DNA of 64,000 nt from an uncultured Lentimicrobiaceae bacterium (GTDB lineage Bacteria > Bacteroidota > Bacteroidia > Bacteroidales > DASVHX01), in the NCBI GenBank assembly GCA_964511085.1, contig CAZEDO010000003.1, positions 3,883-67,882 on the forward strand. The letters run 5' to 3'. The position numbers and the translations under genes were made by a program. Each line of letters begins with the position of its first letter. Position 1 is the first letter of the stretch. Below are positions 36,427-47,164 of this stretch, one piece after another. The notes under the pieces are model-generated. The model was not told the DNA's origin, did no database searches, and was given only the letters and a program-made list of their open reading frames with translations.

Positions 36427-36886
36427 GGGACGAGGGGCGCAAGCCTTGGGACGAAGGCGACCTGGAGCTATCAGCATAAATCTTAATCAAATCAGACTAA
36501 CACATGGGCGGATTCAGATCAAATCTTCAGGGCTGAAATTGAGAATTCCGGGGTAAACTTCCCTGTGCTTAACTTTGGTAAAAATGACCTTTATGGTCTC
36601 TTTTGAGACGAACTCCTGTAATTTGGCTGTTAACCTTTCGCTTTTAATAGTAAGGTCATTAGCTACTTCAATGAGAGATTATTGTTTCAAGTGGTTCCCT
36701 TTTCCCCTTTTGATAAACAGGGCAGCCTTTAATAATTATGTATGACAAGAATAATGTATTTACTACGTAATTGGTATTTCTGAAAATCAGTTATTTATTT
36801 CATTTTTGAGAAGATTCTGGTTGTTATTGTCAGGTATTAAGTCACTTTTGCTTTCTCCAAATTCATTCAGGTGCGCCCCTCGTCCC
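36427..36886. repeat. 460-bp ORF-poor segment bounded by perfect 15-bp GC-rich inverted repeats (MITE-like or invertible-segment-like)
   Basis: GGGACGAGGGGCGCA at 36427-36441 and its exact reverse complement at 36872-36886. Each end carries a second degenerate GGGRCGARGGSG copy. The interior holds a start-less 54-codon minus-strand ORF fragment. Confidence 0.55.
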
Positions 36887-36906
36887 TTGCCCCTCGCCCC
36901 TTTTTC

Positions 36907-38214
36907 CTAAAGATCAACCTGTTTCATTTTAGGCGCCAGAAAATGAATAATCAGCCATGCGGTTAAATAGGCCAATCCTGCAATAATAAACATGATGTAA
37001 TAACCCGTTTCGATATGCCCGAGTCCTTTGTAATGGTCCAGCAAAACACCGGCAAGCCTGGCGATAAGTATTCCTCCGATAGCACCTGCCATTGACCCGA
37101 TTCCCACAACCGACGCTACAGCCTTTTTTGGAAACATATCCGACGAAATGGTGTACATATTTGCCGACCATGCCTGGTGGGCCGAAGCAGCCAATCCAAT
37201 TACAAAAACGGCAATCCAGGGGTTAATTTTGCCTAAAGCCTGCGCCGCAACCACCGGGATCACGCAAAATGCAAACGCGAGCATAGAAGCTTTACGGGAC
37301 TTATAAACAGGCCAGCCTTTTTTAATCAGGAAACCTGACAACCAGCCACCGCCAATACTTCCGATGCAGGTCATGGTGTAAACCACCGCCAGCGGCAGGC
37401 TTACCTGCATGCCGGTCATATTGTATTCCGATTTCAGGAAAGAGGGAAGCCAGAAGAGTAGGAACCACCAGATAGGGTCGGTCATGAATTTTCCAAAGAC
37501 AAAAGCCCAGGTTTGCTTAAACCCAAGCAGCTTTAACCATTTTACAGGTTCCTGGTTAACGTTGACCTGTTCTTCAGGATCACTATGAATATATGCATAT
37601 TCGGCTTTCCCCAGCCTTTTCTGCTTTGCTGGAATTTCATAAAAGATAAACCAGAAGACCAGCCAAATAAGTCCAATGGCCCCTGTAATGATGAATGCTT
37701 CCTGCCAGCCCCAGGTAACAGCAATCCAGGGAACGGCAATAGGAGCAATTATAGCTCCAACATTGGAACCTGAATTAAAAATACCTGCTGCCAGTGCCCG
37801 TTCCTTTTTGGGGAACCATTCAGCAACAGTTTTAACTGCTGCCGGAAAGTTGCCGGCCTCGCTCAAACCCAGCGCTGCACGTGCCGCTCCAAATCCAAAT
37901 GTAGATGTAGCAAAAGCATGGGCAATGGAAGCAAAGCTCCAAACTGTAAGCGATACAGCATATCCAAGTTTGGTCCCTATCTTATCGATGATCCTGCCAA
38001 AACCCAGTAATCCAATGGCATAAGCCAATTGAAATGCAATCACGATGTTGGAATAGTCGGTTTCTGTCCAGCTAAATTCCTTTTCGAGGATCGGTTTTAA
38101 CAAACTTATCACCTGGCGGTCAAGATAATTGACTGTTGTAGCAAAGAAAACGAGCGACACAATGGTCCATCGGTAATTGCCAATTTTAGCTGTGATTTCC
38201 TGTTGGTTATTCAT
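36907..38214 (-). CDS. exuT: MFS transporter, hexuronate transporter-like
   Basis: 435 aa, 12 TM. The N-terminal YRWTIVSLVFFATTVNYLDRQVISLLKP is typical of the ACS/ExuT subfamily. Adjacent to uxaC. Confidence 0.75.
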   Translation of the reverse strand: MNNQQEITAKIGNYRWTIVSLVFFATTVNYLDRQVISLLKPILEKEFSWTETDYSNIVIAFQLAYAIGLLGFGRIIDKIGTKLGYAVSLTVWSFASIAHAFATSTFGFGAARAALGLSEAGNFPAAVKTVAEWFPKKERALAAGIFNSGSNVGAIIAPIAVPWIAVTWGWQEAFIITGAIGLIWLVFWFIFYEIPAKQKRLGKAEYAYIHSDPEEQVNVNQEPVKWLKLLGFKQTWAFVFGKFMTDPIWWFLLFWLPSFLKSEYNMTGMQVSLPLAVVYTMTCIGSIGGGWLSGFLIKKGWPVYKSRKASMLAFAFCVIPVVAAQALGKINPWIAVFVIGLAASAHQAWSANMYTISSDMFPKKAVASVVGIGSMAGAIGGILIARLAGVLLDHYKGLGHIETGYYIMFIIAGLAYLTAWLIIHFLAPKMKQVDL

Positions 38215-38343
38215 TTGGACTGTTTTAGAGATTAAATTTAAAATTGCGGGGTTTGGTTATAATGGAAGAAGTGCGGGTGCCATGTGCCATGTACCGGGAA
38301 TTCTGATGTTATTATTTGAGTGTGCACTTATTCCGGGGTTCTA

Positions 38344-39759
38344 TTATTTATTACTATTCCAGAATGGGAAATACTTCTTTGCATTGTGATATGAAATATT
38401 GGAAACCATTTGGCCTATCATTTCAAGATCATTTGGGATTTCGCCATTTTCAATGTCCTTTCCTAAAATATTGCAGAGAGTTCTTCTGAAATATTCATGA
38501 CGTGGAAAAGAGAGGAAACTCCGGGAATCGGTGAGCATACCAACAAAACGACTCAGTAGCCCAAGCGAAGACAATGTATCAATATGGCGTTCCATCCCCG
38601 ATTTCTGATCAAGAAACCACCATGCCGCGCCCCACTGGATTTTCCCTGGAACTGAACCATCCTGGAAATTTCCGATCATTGTTGCATATACTTCGTTATC
38701 AGCAGGATTCAGATTGTATAATATCGTTTTAGCCAAATTTTGTTCCGAGTTAAGCTTATCCAGAAATTTTGACATATTTAGGGCAACAGGCATGTCGCCG
38801 ATGGAGTCAAAACCGGTATCCGGGCCAATTTTTTTTAACATCTCCGAATTATTATTTCTGACAGGACCGTTATGGAATTGCTGAACCCAGCCTGCCTCCT
38901 TGTCCATAACCGAAAAATGGTATAGCATTGCTGATTTGAATTTCCGGATCTGATCGTCATGCGGATCTTTTCCGCCACGCACTTTGTCGAATATTGTTTT
39001 TATCTCGCTGTCGCGGAATTCATCTGAATAAAAAGTATCCAGCCCATGATCGGACAAACGGCAACCGTTCTTATGAAAATATTCATGCCGGGTGCTCAGA
39101 GCAGCAAGCAAATCATCGAATTGATAGATATTTATATTGGACGCTGCCTCAAGCTTTGAAATGTATTGATTGTAAACCACGGCATTATCAATAGCCATGG
39201 CTTTATCGGGCCGCCATGCAGGAATTACTTTGGTTTCGAACTGATCATTCTTAATTTTTTGATGGTATTCCAGCGTATCAGAAGGATCATCGGTAGTGCA
39301 AACCAACTCAACATTCATCTTGCGAATAAGGTTCCTCACAGAGAATTCCTTTGTCCTCAGTTTTGCAGAAGCTTCCTCATAAATTTCTTTCGCCGTATGT
39401 GGATTCAGAAGCTTATCTATTCCAAAATATCTGCTCAATTCAAGATGCGTCCAATGGAAAAGTGGATTTCTCAGTGTATATGGCACTGTTTCTGCCCATT
39501 TCAGGAACTTTTCATAATCACTGGCACTCCCGCTGCAATAATTCTCATCAATCCCATTGGTACGCATGGCCCGCCATTTATAATGATCGCCATACAACCA
39601 TACCTGTGTGAGATTTTCAAACTGCGTGTCCTCTGCAATATCTTTTGGATTAAGATGGCAATGATAGTCTATGATTGGCTGATCCTTTGCGTATTTAAAA
39701 TAGAGTTCCGATGCTGATTTGCTTTGAAGCAGGAAATCTTTGTCCATAAATGCTTTCAT
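38344..39759 (-). CDS. uxaC: Glucuronate isomerase
   Basis: 471 aa. The N-terminal FMDKDFLL...PIIDYHCHL signature of UxaC. Confidence 0.9.
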   Translation of the reverse strand: MKAFMDKDFLLQSKSASELYFKYAKDQPIIDYHCHLNPKDIAEDTQFENLTQVWLYGDHYKWRAMRTNGIDENYCSGSASDYEKFLKWAETVPYTLRNPLFHWTHLELSRYFGIDKLLNPHTAKEIYEEASAKLRTKEFSVRNLIRKMNVELVCTTDDPSDTLEYHQKIKNDQFETKVIPAWRPDKAMAIDNAVVYNQYISKLEAASNINIYQFDDLLAALSTRHEYFHKNGCRLSDHGLDTFYSDEFRDSEIKTIFDKVRGGKDPHDDQIRKFKSAMLYHFSVMDKEAGWVQQFHNGPVRNNNSEMLKKIGPDTGFDSIGDMPVALNMSKFLDKLNSEQNLAKTILYNLNPADNEVYATMIGNFQDGSVPGKIQWGAAWWFLDQKSGMERHIDTLSSLGLLSRFVGMLTDSRSFLSFPRHEYFRRTLCNILGKDIENGEIPNDLEMIGQMVSNISYHNAKKYFPFWNSNK

Positions 39760-39849
39760 TATTTCAAGTTTTTTTAATCAACAATTATTCTAATTTAATT
39801 TTTGCAACACTTCGTTTATACTCGAAAAACCATTTCCTGTGAATTACCT

Positions 39850-41172
39850 TTATTTACGACTGGTTTTTAGCGAATCACCTTTAATAACCAGCTTTGATAA
39901 GCTCTGCGCATAATTATCAGCAAATGTTCCGGTCATAAACTCTTTGTCGTTTAATGGTGCATATATTTCAAGACTCGATTGCAGAAGCTGGTCAAAATAT
40001 AAAGCCTCAACTTCATCACAATTTAAATTTGAACGATAAATGAGTAAGTCCTTATAACCTGCTACATCAGGAGCCGGTTTATAAGGAATACCGCCGGCTC
40101 CGCCAAGAACAAACTCCTTAAGACAAATTGACTCCTGAACAGTACCGGCTAATTTCCCATTAGAGTAAATAGCGGTTTGCCCGGTTGCAAATTGATGTGT
40201 AACAACGATGTATTGCCACCCATTATTTTCAGCAGATGTATCGCTGCTGACAGACTGATTTTCCATCGAACGGTACACAATTTTACCTCTTTCAATTTCA
40301 ATACTTGAAACCTTCTCTCCTCTTATTAAAGCAATCGTTCCATCACTTTTAGTTTTAACAAGGAAGCTCATTGAAAAAGAATGAATCGTATCATCTGGTG
40401 TAAAGCTTAACGGCTTGGATGATGAAGGCTGGCTAATTATAAGATAATCCGAACTTCTTATTTTGTAAGGTATCGGTTTCCCTGTTTCAATTGCATCAAA
40501 TAAGCCGGGGACAAAGGCAAAGAACATTTCCTGATGCCCTTTATAATCAGGATGCGACTTATCATGATAATAGCCTTCAAGCCAGTTCCCTTTTCCATTA
40601 TCAACAGGGCCCAATACATTAATACTTGGCACATCCCAGGTATTTATTATCAGGTTCATTTTTTTAATGGCTGCATATTGTTCGGGTCGGAAATCGTTGC
40701 GTGAATAACAGTTTATCACAATAGGGTACATCCCTTTTTCCCGGCAAAGCTGCACCAGGTGGAGCATCCCGCTCCGATACTTTTCGAAACAACGGTTTTG
40801 GATTAATTTATTCGATGTTGCAATTCCCTCATTTCCCAATGACAATCCAAGAATGACATATTTTGGTTTTTCAGGCATTAGTTGTGTATCAAAACGGGGC
40901 AATATTTTTGCTGTGTTATCACCACCTCTAGATACATTAACAACTTCCCACCCTCTTTTTTCAAGCATCCTGGCAATAAGTCCGGCATATCCACCAGCTC
41001 CGGTAGTATCTCCGGATCCATTTGCAACAGATGAACCAAAAATGGCAATTTTACGATTTTGGGCTGTAAGATTACCGACAGATAAAATGAAAAAAATAAT
41101 ACCGTAAATCAGAAAATATCTGACCAGCAAAGCAATACAGGGCCGAATGGATATTTTATTCACTTGATTCAT
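39850..41172 (-). CDS. Secreted SGNH/GDSL hydrolase fused to a LamG-like C-terminal domain
   Basis: IAIFGSSVANGSGD block I (GDS-like) and GLSLGNEG block. The C-terminal ~200 aa have a concanavalin/LamG-like pattern. Confidence 0.65.
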   Translation of the reverse strand: MNQVNKISIRPCIALLVRYFLIYGIIFFILSVGNLTAQNRKIAIFGSSVANGSGDTTGAGGYAGLIARMLEKRGWEVVNVSRGGDNTAKILPRFDTQLMPEKPKYVILGLSLGNEGIATSNKLIQNRCFEKYRSGMLHLVQLCREKGMYPIVINCYSRNDFRPEQYAAIKKMNLIINTWDVPSINVLGPVDNGKGNWLEGYYHDKSHPDYKGHQEMFFAFVPGLFDAIETGKPIPYKIRSSDYLIISQPSSSKPLSFTPDDTIHSFSMSFLVKTKSDGTIALIRGEKVSSIEIERGKIVYRSMENQSVSSDTSAENNGWQYIVVTHQFATGQTAIYSNGKLAGTVQESICLKEFVLGGAGGIPYKPAPDVAGYKDLLIYRSNLNCDEVEALYFDQLLQSSLEIYAPLNDKEFMTGTFADNYAQSLSKLVIKGDSLKTSRK

Positions 41173-41196
41173 CTGTGGTAATAGAACTGAGCACGG

Positions 41197-42651
41197 TTAA
41201 ACATTATAAGTTGAAGATGAAGTATCACCTCCACGGCCTGTCCAGTTAGTATGAAAGAACTCACCACGAGGCTTATCTATCCTTTCGTAAGTATGAGCAC
41301 CAAAATAATCGCGTTGGGCTTGCAGGAGGTTTGCCGGAAGGCGTTCGGACCGATAACCGTCAAAATAAGTTATTGCCGTAGCAAAAGCAGGTATAGAAAT
41401 TCCATGCTCAATAGCCGTTGCAACAACTCTTCGCCATCCTTGCTGAGCATCCAGTACTTTTTTCGTAAAATATGGATCCAGAATCAAGTTAGGCAGTTCA
41501 GGATTTTGGTTAAAAGCTTCAGTTATTTTGCCAAGGAAAACTGAACGGATAATACAACCACCGCGCCACAAAAGTGCAATTCCACCGTAATTGAGGTTCC
41601 ATCCATGCTCCTTTGCAGCAGCTTTCATAAGCAGGTAACCCTGGGCATAGGAAACTACTTTTGATGCAAAAAGTGCTTTTTCAAGATCAAGAATGAATTG
41701 CTGCCTGTCTCCGTCAAATTTCACTACTTGTGTTTTAAATATTTTTGAGGCTTCCATCCTTTCGTCTTTCTGGGATGAAAGAATTCTGGCAAATACGGCC
41801 TCTCCTATCAAGGTAAGAGGGACACCCAAATCAAGAGCCGCTATACCAGTCCATTTACCAGTTCCTTTTTGTCCGGCAGTATCAAGAATTTTATTTACCA
41901 GTGGCTCTCCATCTTTGTCTTGATGTTCAAGTATTTCGGCTGTAATCTCTATCAGGTAACTTTCGAGGTCGCCTTTATTCCAGCTGGCAAATACCTTTTG
42001 TATTTCAGCAGCCGACATACCCAAAACATCTTTCATAATCTGATATGCTTCGCAGATGAGTTGCATATCACCATATTCAATGCCGTTGTGCACCATTTTC
42101 ACAAAATGGCCGGCACCATTTTCGCCAACCCAATCGCAACATGCTTCGCCATTATTGACTTTGGCCGCAATTGCCTGAAAAATGGGTTTTACAAATGGCC
42201 AGGCCTCTTTTGAGCCACCAGGCATAATTGAAGGGCCTAGCAGGGCACCTTCTTCCCCACCGGAAACGCCAGTCCCTATATAAAGAAGCCCTTTGCTTTC
42301 CACGTACCTGGTCCGGCGGTCGGTATCGGTAAACAGAGTGTTTCCACCGTCAATTATGATATCTCCAGTTTCAAGAAATGGCAGTAGCAATTCAATAAAA
42401 TCATCAACTGCTTTCCCTGCTTTTACCATCAGCATAACCTTTCGCGGATGTTTCAGACTCTTAACCAATTCCCCGACGGAATGTGTTCCGATGATATTTT
42501 TTCCTTTACCTCTCCCATTAACAAAGGTTTCTACTTTATCGATACTGCGGTTAAAAACGGCAACAGTAAAACCCTTTTTTTCCATATTCAACACCAGGTT
42601 TTCGCCCATTACCGCTAATCCAACCAATCCAATGTCTGCCAAATTATCCAT
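41197..42651 (-). CDS. gnd: 6-phosphogluconate dehydrogenase (decarboxylating)
   Basis: 484 aa. IGLVGLAVMGENLVLN Rossmann motif and conserved Gnd core motifs. Confidence 0.9.
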   Translation of the reverse strand: MDNLADIGLVGLAVMGENLVLNMEKKGFTVAVFNRSIDKVETFVNGRGKGKNIIGTHSVGELVKSLKHPRKVMLMVKAGKAVDDFIELLLPFLETGDIIIDGGNTLFTDTDRRTRYVESKGLLYIGTGVSGGEEGALLGPSIMPGGSKEAWPFVKPIFQAIAAKVNNGEACCDWVGENGAGHFVKMVHNGIEYGDMQLICEAYQIMKDVLGMSAAEIQKVFASWNKGDLESYLIEITAEILEHQDKDGEPLVNKILDTAGQKGTGKWTGIAALDLGVPLTLIGEAVFARILSSQKDERMEASKIFKTQVVKFDGDRQQFILDLEKALFASKVVSYAQGYLLMKAAAKEHGWNLNYGGIALLWRGGCIIRSVFLGKITEAFNQNPELPNLILDPYFTKKVLDAQQGWRRVVATAIEHGISIPAFATAITYFDGYRSERLPANLLQAQRDYFGAHTYERIDKPRGEFFHTNWTGRGGDTSSSTYNV

Positions 42652-42675
42652 ATTAAGATTCTTAAGTTTTATAAG

Positions 42676-43836
42676 TCAGGCTTTACAGCCATATATTTGT
42701 TTTATTTCATTCTTTACGGTAAATCCAAGTTTTTCCAACATTTCTATTGCCCCCATTTTCCCATTTGAGAGATTTACCTTGTAAGCTGGAAATTCGCGGC
42801 GGTTTGGATATCTACCCCTTTGTTGTTCAAAAGATTCCGGCGAAATTTGCAAACGGATATGATCTTTCAGGATATCATATGTATGCAGTACGCTTTCCTG
42901 TACAATTTGCAGGCATCGCTTTCCTGTTCCATCAAGTACGATTATTGGGTTTAAAGGCTCAGGAAGTGATAGTGGGTAATATTTATTTAGCGGCAGATTA
43001 AAATATTGGCACAGCGACTGAACAACCATGGCTGTTCCATTCGCTTTTCCATCTGTGGAATAGCCTGCTATGTGTGGTGTTGAAATATAAATCTGGCTTA
43101 ATAGTTCGGTATCAATATTAGGTTCGTTTTCCCAAACATCAAGCACTGCTCCGCTCAATTTTTCTGATGAAAGTACGGTTTTAAGTGCATTTGTCTCAAC
43201 CACTTCTCCACGGGAAGTATTGATCAGCCACGCTCCCTCCTTCATTTTACCAAACAACCTGCTATCAAAAAGATGGAATGTCTGATCTTCCCCTTCAGGT
43301 ATAAGCGGAACATGTAACGTGATAATATCGCATGTTTCAAGAATTTCGTCAAGTCCCGAAAACCCTGCGCTTCCTTCTTTCCGGGCTCTTGGAGGATCGT
43401 TAAATTTCACTTTCATACCAAGCAGCTGAGCTGCTGCCTGAACTTTTGAACCGACATTTCCAACACCTATAATTCCCAGTATTTTATCATTCAGGCTAAA
43501 ATCATATTTATGAGCAAGCGTCAGCAAAGCTGCTATAATATATTGTTGAACTGAGGAAGAATTGCAGCCAGGGGCATTTACCCATTGGATTTTTGCTGAT
43601 TTACAATATTCAGTATCAATATGATCGAATCCTATAGTTGCAGTGGCAATGAATTTCACAGCAGTTCCTTCCAGTAATGATTTATCACATCTGGTCCTGG
43701 TGCGGATTATTAAAGCATCAACATTCAATAATGAATCCCTGGTAATAAGATTACCTGGCATATACTTCACTTCAGCATATGGCTCCAGAACCCCATTGAG
43801 GAAAGGAATTTTTTCATCTGCAATTATTCTGAGCAT
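42676..43836 (-). CDS. pdxB: D-2-hydroxyacid dehydrogenase, 4-phosphoerythronate dehydrogenase-like
   Basis: 386 aa. GIIGVGNVGSKV NAD motif, PHIAGYS catalytic His region and a PdxB-like C-terminal dimerisation domain. Confidence 0.7.
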   Translation of the reverse strand: MLRIIADEKIPFLNGVLEPYAEVKYMPGNLITRDSLLNVDALIIRTRTRCDKSLLEGTAVKFIATATIGFDHIDTEYCKSAKIQWVNAPGCNSSSVQQYIIAALLTLAHKYDFSLNDKILGIIGVGNVGSKVQAAAQLLGMKVKFNDPPRARKEGSAGFSGLDEILETCDIITLHVPLIPEGEDQTFHLFDSRLFGKMKEGAWLINTSRGEVVETNALKTVLSSEKLSGAVLDVWENEPNIDTELLSQIYISTPHIAGYSTDGKANGTAMVVQSLCQYFNLPLNKYYPLSLPEPLNPIIVLDGTGKRCLQIVQESVLHTYDILKDHIRLQISPESFEQQRGRYPNRREFPAYKVNLSNGKMGAIEMLEKLGFTVKNEIKQIYGCKA

Positions 43837-43853
43837 TTTGAGAGATTAATTTG

Positions 43854-45119
43854 TTAAAAACGATTTTTCCAGGCCCATAATCCAAGAGCAGGATTGGAAA
43901 TAAAATACACTTCTTCCCCATTCACATCATTAAATCCGTCCTTTAGCTCAGAAGGATTATATTTTTTCATCATTTCATTAAGATTTCCATAGTTAAAATT
44001 TACACTTTCGATCTCCTGTCGGGTAAGTTTGCCAGGACAATAAGTAACCCTGAATCTGTTTTCGTGGGATCCGTGAATAAGATGCGCGGCTGCACTTAAA
44101 TTTTCACGTAGCTCAAGATTATTCTTAACCAATTTTAATATTTCCGGGGTTGTGAGATAGCCATATTTACGAATCAAGCGGTCGATCTCCTTATCCTCTC
44201 CAAATTCCTTTAGCCCTGGTGCAAGAACTATTAATTCTCCTCCGTCAGCCAGAGCCATTCGGGTTCGATAGATACTTTTGTTTCCCAGCCATGTACTTTT
44301 AAACTCAGTAGGATCAAGGTAAACCACCACTTTCTTCAACGGCTCATCCAGTAATTCGAAGTTCACTTTAAGTGATAATTCAGCAGCTTTATCAAAACAC
44401 TCACTACTGTTGCCAATAAAAAGACCTTTAACCGCCATGTTGCCACTATGGCCATTTCCTATAACAGTATGTATATAAACGATTGGCAGATGTGCGGCGA
44501 AATGCTCTGATGCATAATTGAGAACCTTCCTTACCGGATTATCAGCCCGTCCCATAATTCGCTCCATTCCATAGGCAGCTCCCAGAAAATGGCTTTTATT
44601 TATCCCTTCTTTACCTCCTGTGCCAACAAATATATTTTTGTTGTAATTAGCCATGCCAATCACTTCGTGGGGAACAACCTGACCAATAGATAGGATGAGA
44701 TCAAAATTTCCTTCAACCAGAAGTTTGTTTACCTGCGCCGGCCACGAAAAATCAACCTGATCCTCTGAAACTTTTCGCAGATATTCAGCCGGCACTTCAC
44801 CCAGGGTAACAATATCGCTTCTCCAGTTGTGCACCCGAAAAAGTGAATGAGGTACTTTCCCAAACATACGGGTGAGTTCGGTTTCCGACATTGCGACATG
44901 TGTTCCAAGAGCCGGCAGGATATCTGTCACCGCATTTCCATAATATTGCCATGCCATTTCAGTAAGTATTCCAGCCCTGGAATGGAAACGCGTGAAATCC
45001 GGAGGCACAATTAAAACCTTACGCCGCGGCCCCAACTTATCAAGTGCTTCATATAGCCCTTTTCTAAGATCTTCAGAACTAAACTCCGAATCTACTGAAC
45101 CGTGGTCGTAATAAATCAT
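43854..45119 (-). CDS. LarA-like (DUF2088) putative nickel-pincer-dependent 2-hydroxyacid racemase/epimerase
   Basis: 421 aa. The N-terminal KVLIVPPDFTRFHSRAG pattern and overall length fit the lactate racemase N-terminal domain family. The substrate is not inferable. Confidence 0.6.
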   Translation of the reverse strand: MIYYDHGSVDSEFSSEDLRKGLYEALDKLGPRRKVLIVPPDFTRFHSRAGILTEMAWQYYGNAVTDILPALGTHVAMSETELTRMFGKVPHSLFRVHNWRSDIVTLGEVPAEYLRKVSEDQVDFSWPAQVNKLLVEGNFDLILSIGQVVPHEVIGMANYNKNIFVGTGGKEGINKSHFLGAAYGMERIMGRADNPVRKVLNYASEHFAAHLPIVYIHTVIGNGHSGNMAVKGLFIGNSSECFDKAAELSLKVNFELLDEPLKKVVVYLDPTEFKSTWLGNKSIYRTRMALADGGELIVLAPGLKEFGEDKEIDRLIRKYGYLTTPEILKLVKNNLELRENLSAAAHLIHGSHENRFRVTYCPGKLTRQEIESVNFNYGNLNEMMKKYNPSELKDGFNDVNGEEVYFISNPALGLWAWKNRF

Positions 45120-45207
45120 ATTAATATTTTGAAATGCTCCGATCGTTTTAATTCTGAAACATTTGCCAGTATTATACTTTGGATCTATGCAATAATGGAA
45201 TCGCTAA

Positions 45208-46287
45208 CTACCTTCTTACCCTGGCATTTCCCTGCCAGATGCTCCATATCATTTCTTCATCCGCAGGTTGGGCATAGTCGGTTAAAAAAGTTGTAGCCAG
45301 CGCACCACTTGCCCATCCAAATTGCATGCACTTTTCAGGTTCCCATCCTTTTAAAATTCCGTATAGTAATCCCCCAACAAAACCATCCCCACCACCAATG
45401 CGGTCGAGAACATCAATTTCACGTGGCTCTATCACATGCCATATATCTCCTTCAAGCATTATTGACCCCCATAAATGCTTATTAGCACTGACAACCTGAC
45501 GCAATGTGGTAGCAAATACTGAAGCATTTGGAAAAGCCTTTTTTACACGAAAGATCATCTCTTTGAAACTCCCTATCTGAGCTTCGATTCCCTGGCCACC
45601 TGCCTTTGGGCCATCAATACCCAGGCATAATTGAAAATCCTCTTCGTTTCCAACGAGGACATCAGATAATGATGCGATTTCTGTAAAAATAGCTTTCAAT
45701 TCCTTATCCCGCCCTTTCCAAAAGGAAGCACGATAGTTGAGATCGAAAGATATGCAAGTGCCTGTCTTTTTAGCGGCTCGTGCCAATTCCAGGCAAAAGG
45801 TTCCAGTTTCGGGCGACAAAGCAGCTATTAAGCCTGAGAGATGAACAATCCGGACTCCTTCTTTTACAAAAATACGGTCCAGATCAAAATCTTTAATATT
45901 TAACATACGACCTACTTCTCCAGCCCGATCATTATGCACACGAGGCCCGCGTGAGCCAAATCCGCTATCTGCTATATTGAACTGGTGGCGAAATCCCCAG
46001 GGATCACCCTGTTCTATTTCTTTCCCCTCATAAGTCATATGTCTGCTAGCAAGGTTGCTTTTAATAAACTGAGCTACCGGACTGTCCTTCACGAAAGTTG
46101 TAAGTACTTTCACCGGAAGCCCCAGGTAGGCCGAAATGCTTGCAACATTGGTTTCTGCACTGGTCGCCTGCATCTTAAAAGTATCGCTGCTATGAACAGG
46201 TTGTCCGTTAACCGGAGTTATGCGCACTCCCATGCTGGTCGGAACCAGGAGAGAAAACGCAAAGTCTGTTTTAAGTTGTATGCTCAT
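45208..46287 (-). CDS. kdgK: PfkB-family sugar kinase, 2-dehydro-3-deoxygluconokinase-like
   Basis: 359 aa. C-terminal DRIGGGDGFVGGLLYG (PfkB signature 2). Lies in a hexuronate context. Confidence 0.75.
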   Translation of the reverse strand: MSIQLKTDFAFSLLVPTSMGVRITPVNGQPVHSSDTFKMQATSAETNVASISAYLGLPVKVLTTFVKDSPVAQFIKSNLASRHMTYEGKEIEQGDPWGFRHQFNIADSGFGSRGPRVHNDRAGEVGRMLNIKDFDLDRIFVKEGVRIVHLSGLIAALSPETGTFCLELARAAKKTGTCISFDLNYRASFWKGRDKELKAIFTEIASLSDVLVGNEEDFQLCLGIDGPKAGGQGIEAQIGSFKEMIFRVKKAFPNASVFATTLRQVVSANKHLWGSIMLEGDIWHVIEPREIDVLDRIGGGDGFVGGLLYGILKGWEPEKCMQFGWASGALATTFLTDYAQPADEEMIWSIWQGNARVRR

Positions 46288-46312
46288 TTTGTAAATTTAA
46301 TTTAATCTGATA

Positions 46313-47164
46313 TTACACACCACTATATGCATTAAATCCTCCATCCACCAGCAAAACTGTACCAGTCACAAATCGTGAGCTATCGGACAAAAGGTATGCT
46401 ACTGCCCCAAGTAATTCATCAGCTTCGCCAAAGCGACCCATGGGAGTTCCGTTTATAATTTTCTCTCCACGGGGCTTTAGATTTCCTGTTGCTTCATCAA
46501 TAAGAAGGAACCTGTTCTGATTGGTAAGAATGAAGCCTGGTGATACTGCATTAACACGGATACCTGTCTTTGCCAGGTGAACTGCCAGCCACTCTGTAAA
46601 GTTATTAACGGCGGCCTTGGCAGCTGAATAAGCAGGTATTTTAGTAAGTGAACGGAAGGAATTTAACGATGAAATATTTAACACCGCACCCTTTCCCGTT
46701 TCAAGCATATCAGTTGTAAGGACAATTGTCGGGAGTAAGGTCCCAAGGAAGTTCAGATCAAATACCCGTTGAAATCCTTCTATTTCCAAGCCATAGAATG
46801 AACCTTCAAGATTGCTGATATTGTCTTTTGTTATTTCTTCAACCTGGGTTGTTGCCTTAGGTGAATTCCCCCCTGCCCCATTAATAAGAAAATCAATCTT
46901 ACCAATCTCCCTGTTTATTATCTCCTTTGCAGCAATTAACGATTGTTTATCAAGAACATCAGCTGAAACCCCAAAAGAAAAGCTACCAGTTTGCGCTGTT
47001 ACTTCAGAAGCTGTTTTTTTTGCAGCATCAATATTAATATCCAATATCACCGTTTTCATCTCAAGCAGGCCGAGTCCCAGAGCAATCGCATTCCCTATCA
47101 CTCCTGCACCTCCGGTTATAACTACTATTTTATCTTTCAGGTCATCAAATCCAGGTTTAATCAT
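46313..47164 (-). CDS. SDR-family oxidoreductase (UxuB-type fructuronate/mannonate reductase candidate)
   Basis: VITGGAGVIGNAIA (TGxxxGxG) and YSAAKAAV (YxxxK). Adjacent to kdgK. Confidence 0.7.
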   Translation of the reverse strand: MIKPGFDDLKDKIVVITGGAGVIGNAIALGLGLLEMKTVILDINIDAAKKTASEVTAQTGSFSFGVSADVLDKQSLIAAKEIINREIGKIDFLINGAGGNSPKATTQVEEITKDNISNLEGSFYGLEIEGFQRVFDLNFLGTLLPTIVLTTDMLETGKGAVLNISSLNSFRSLTKIPAYSAAKAAVNNFTEWLAVHLAKTGIRVNAVSPGFILTNQNRFLLIDEATGNLKPRGEKIINGTPMGRFGEADELLGAVAYLLSDSSRFVTGTVLLVDGGFNAYSGV

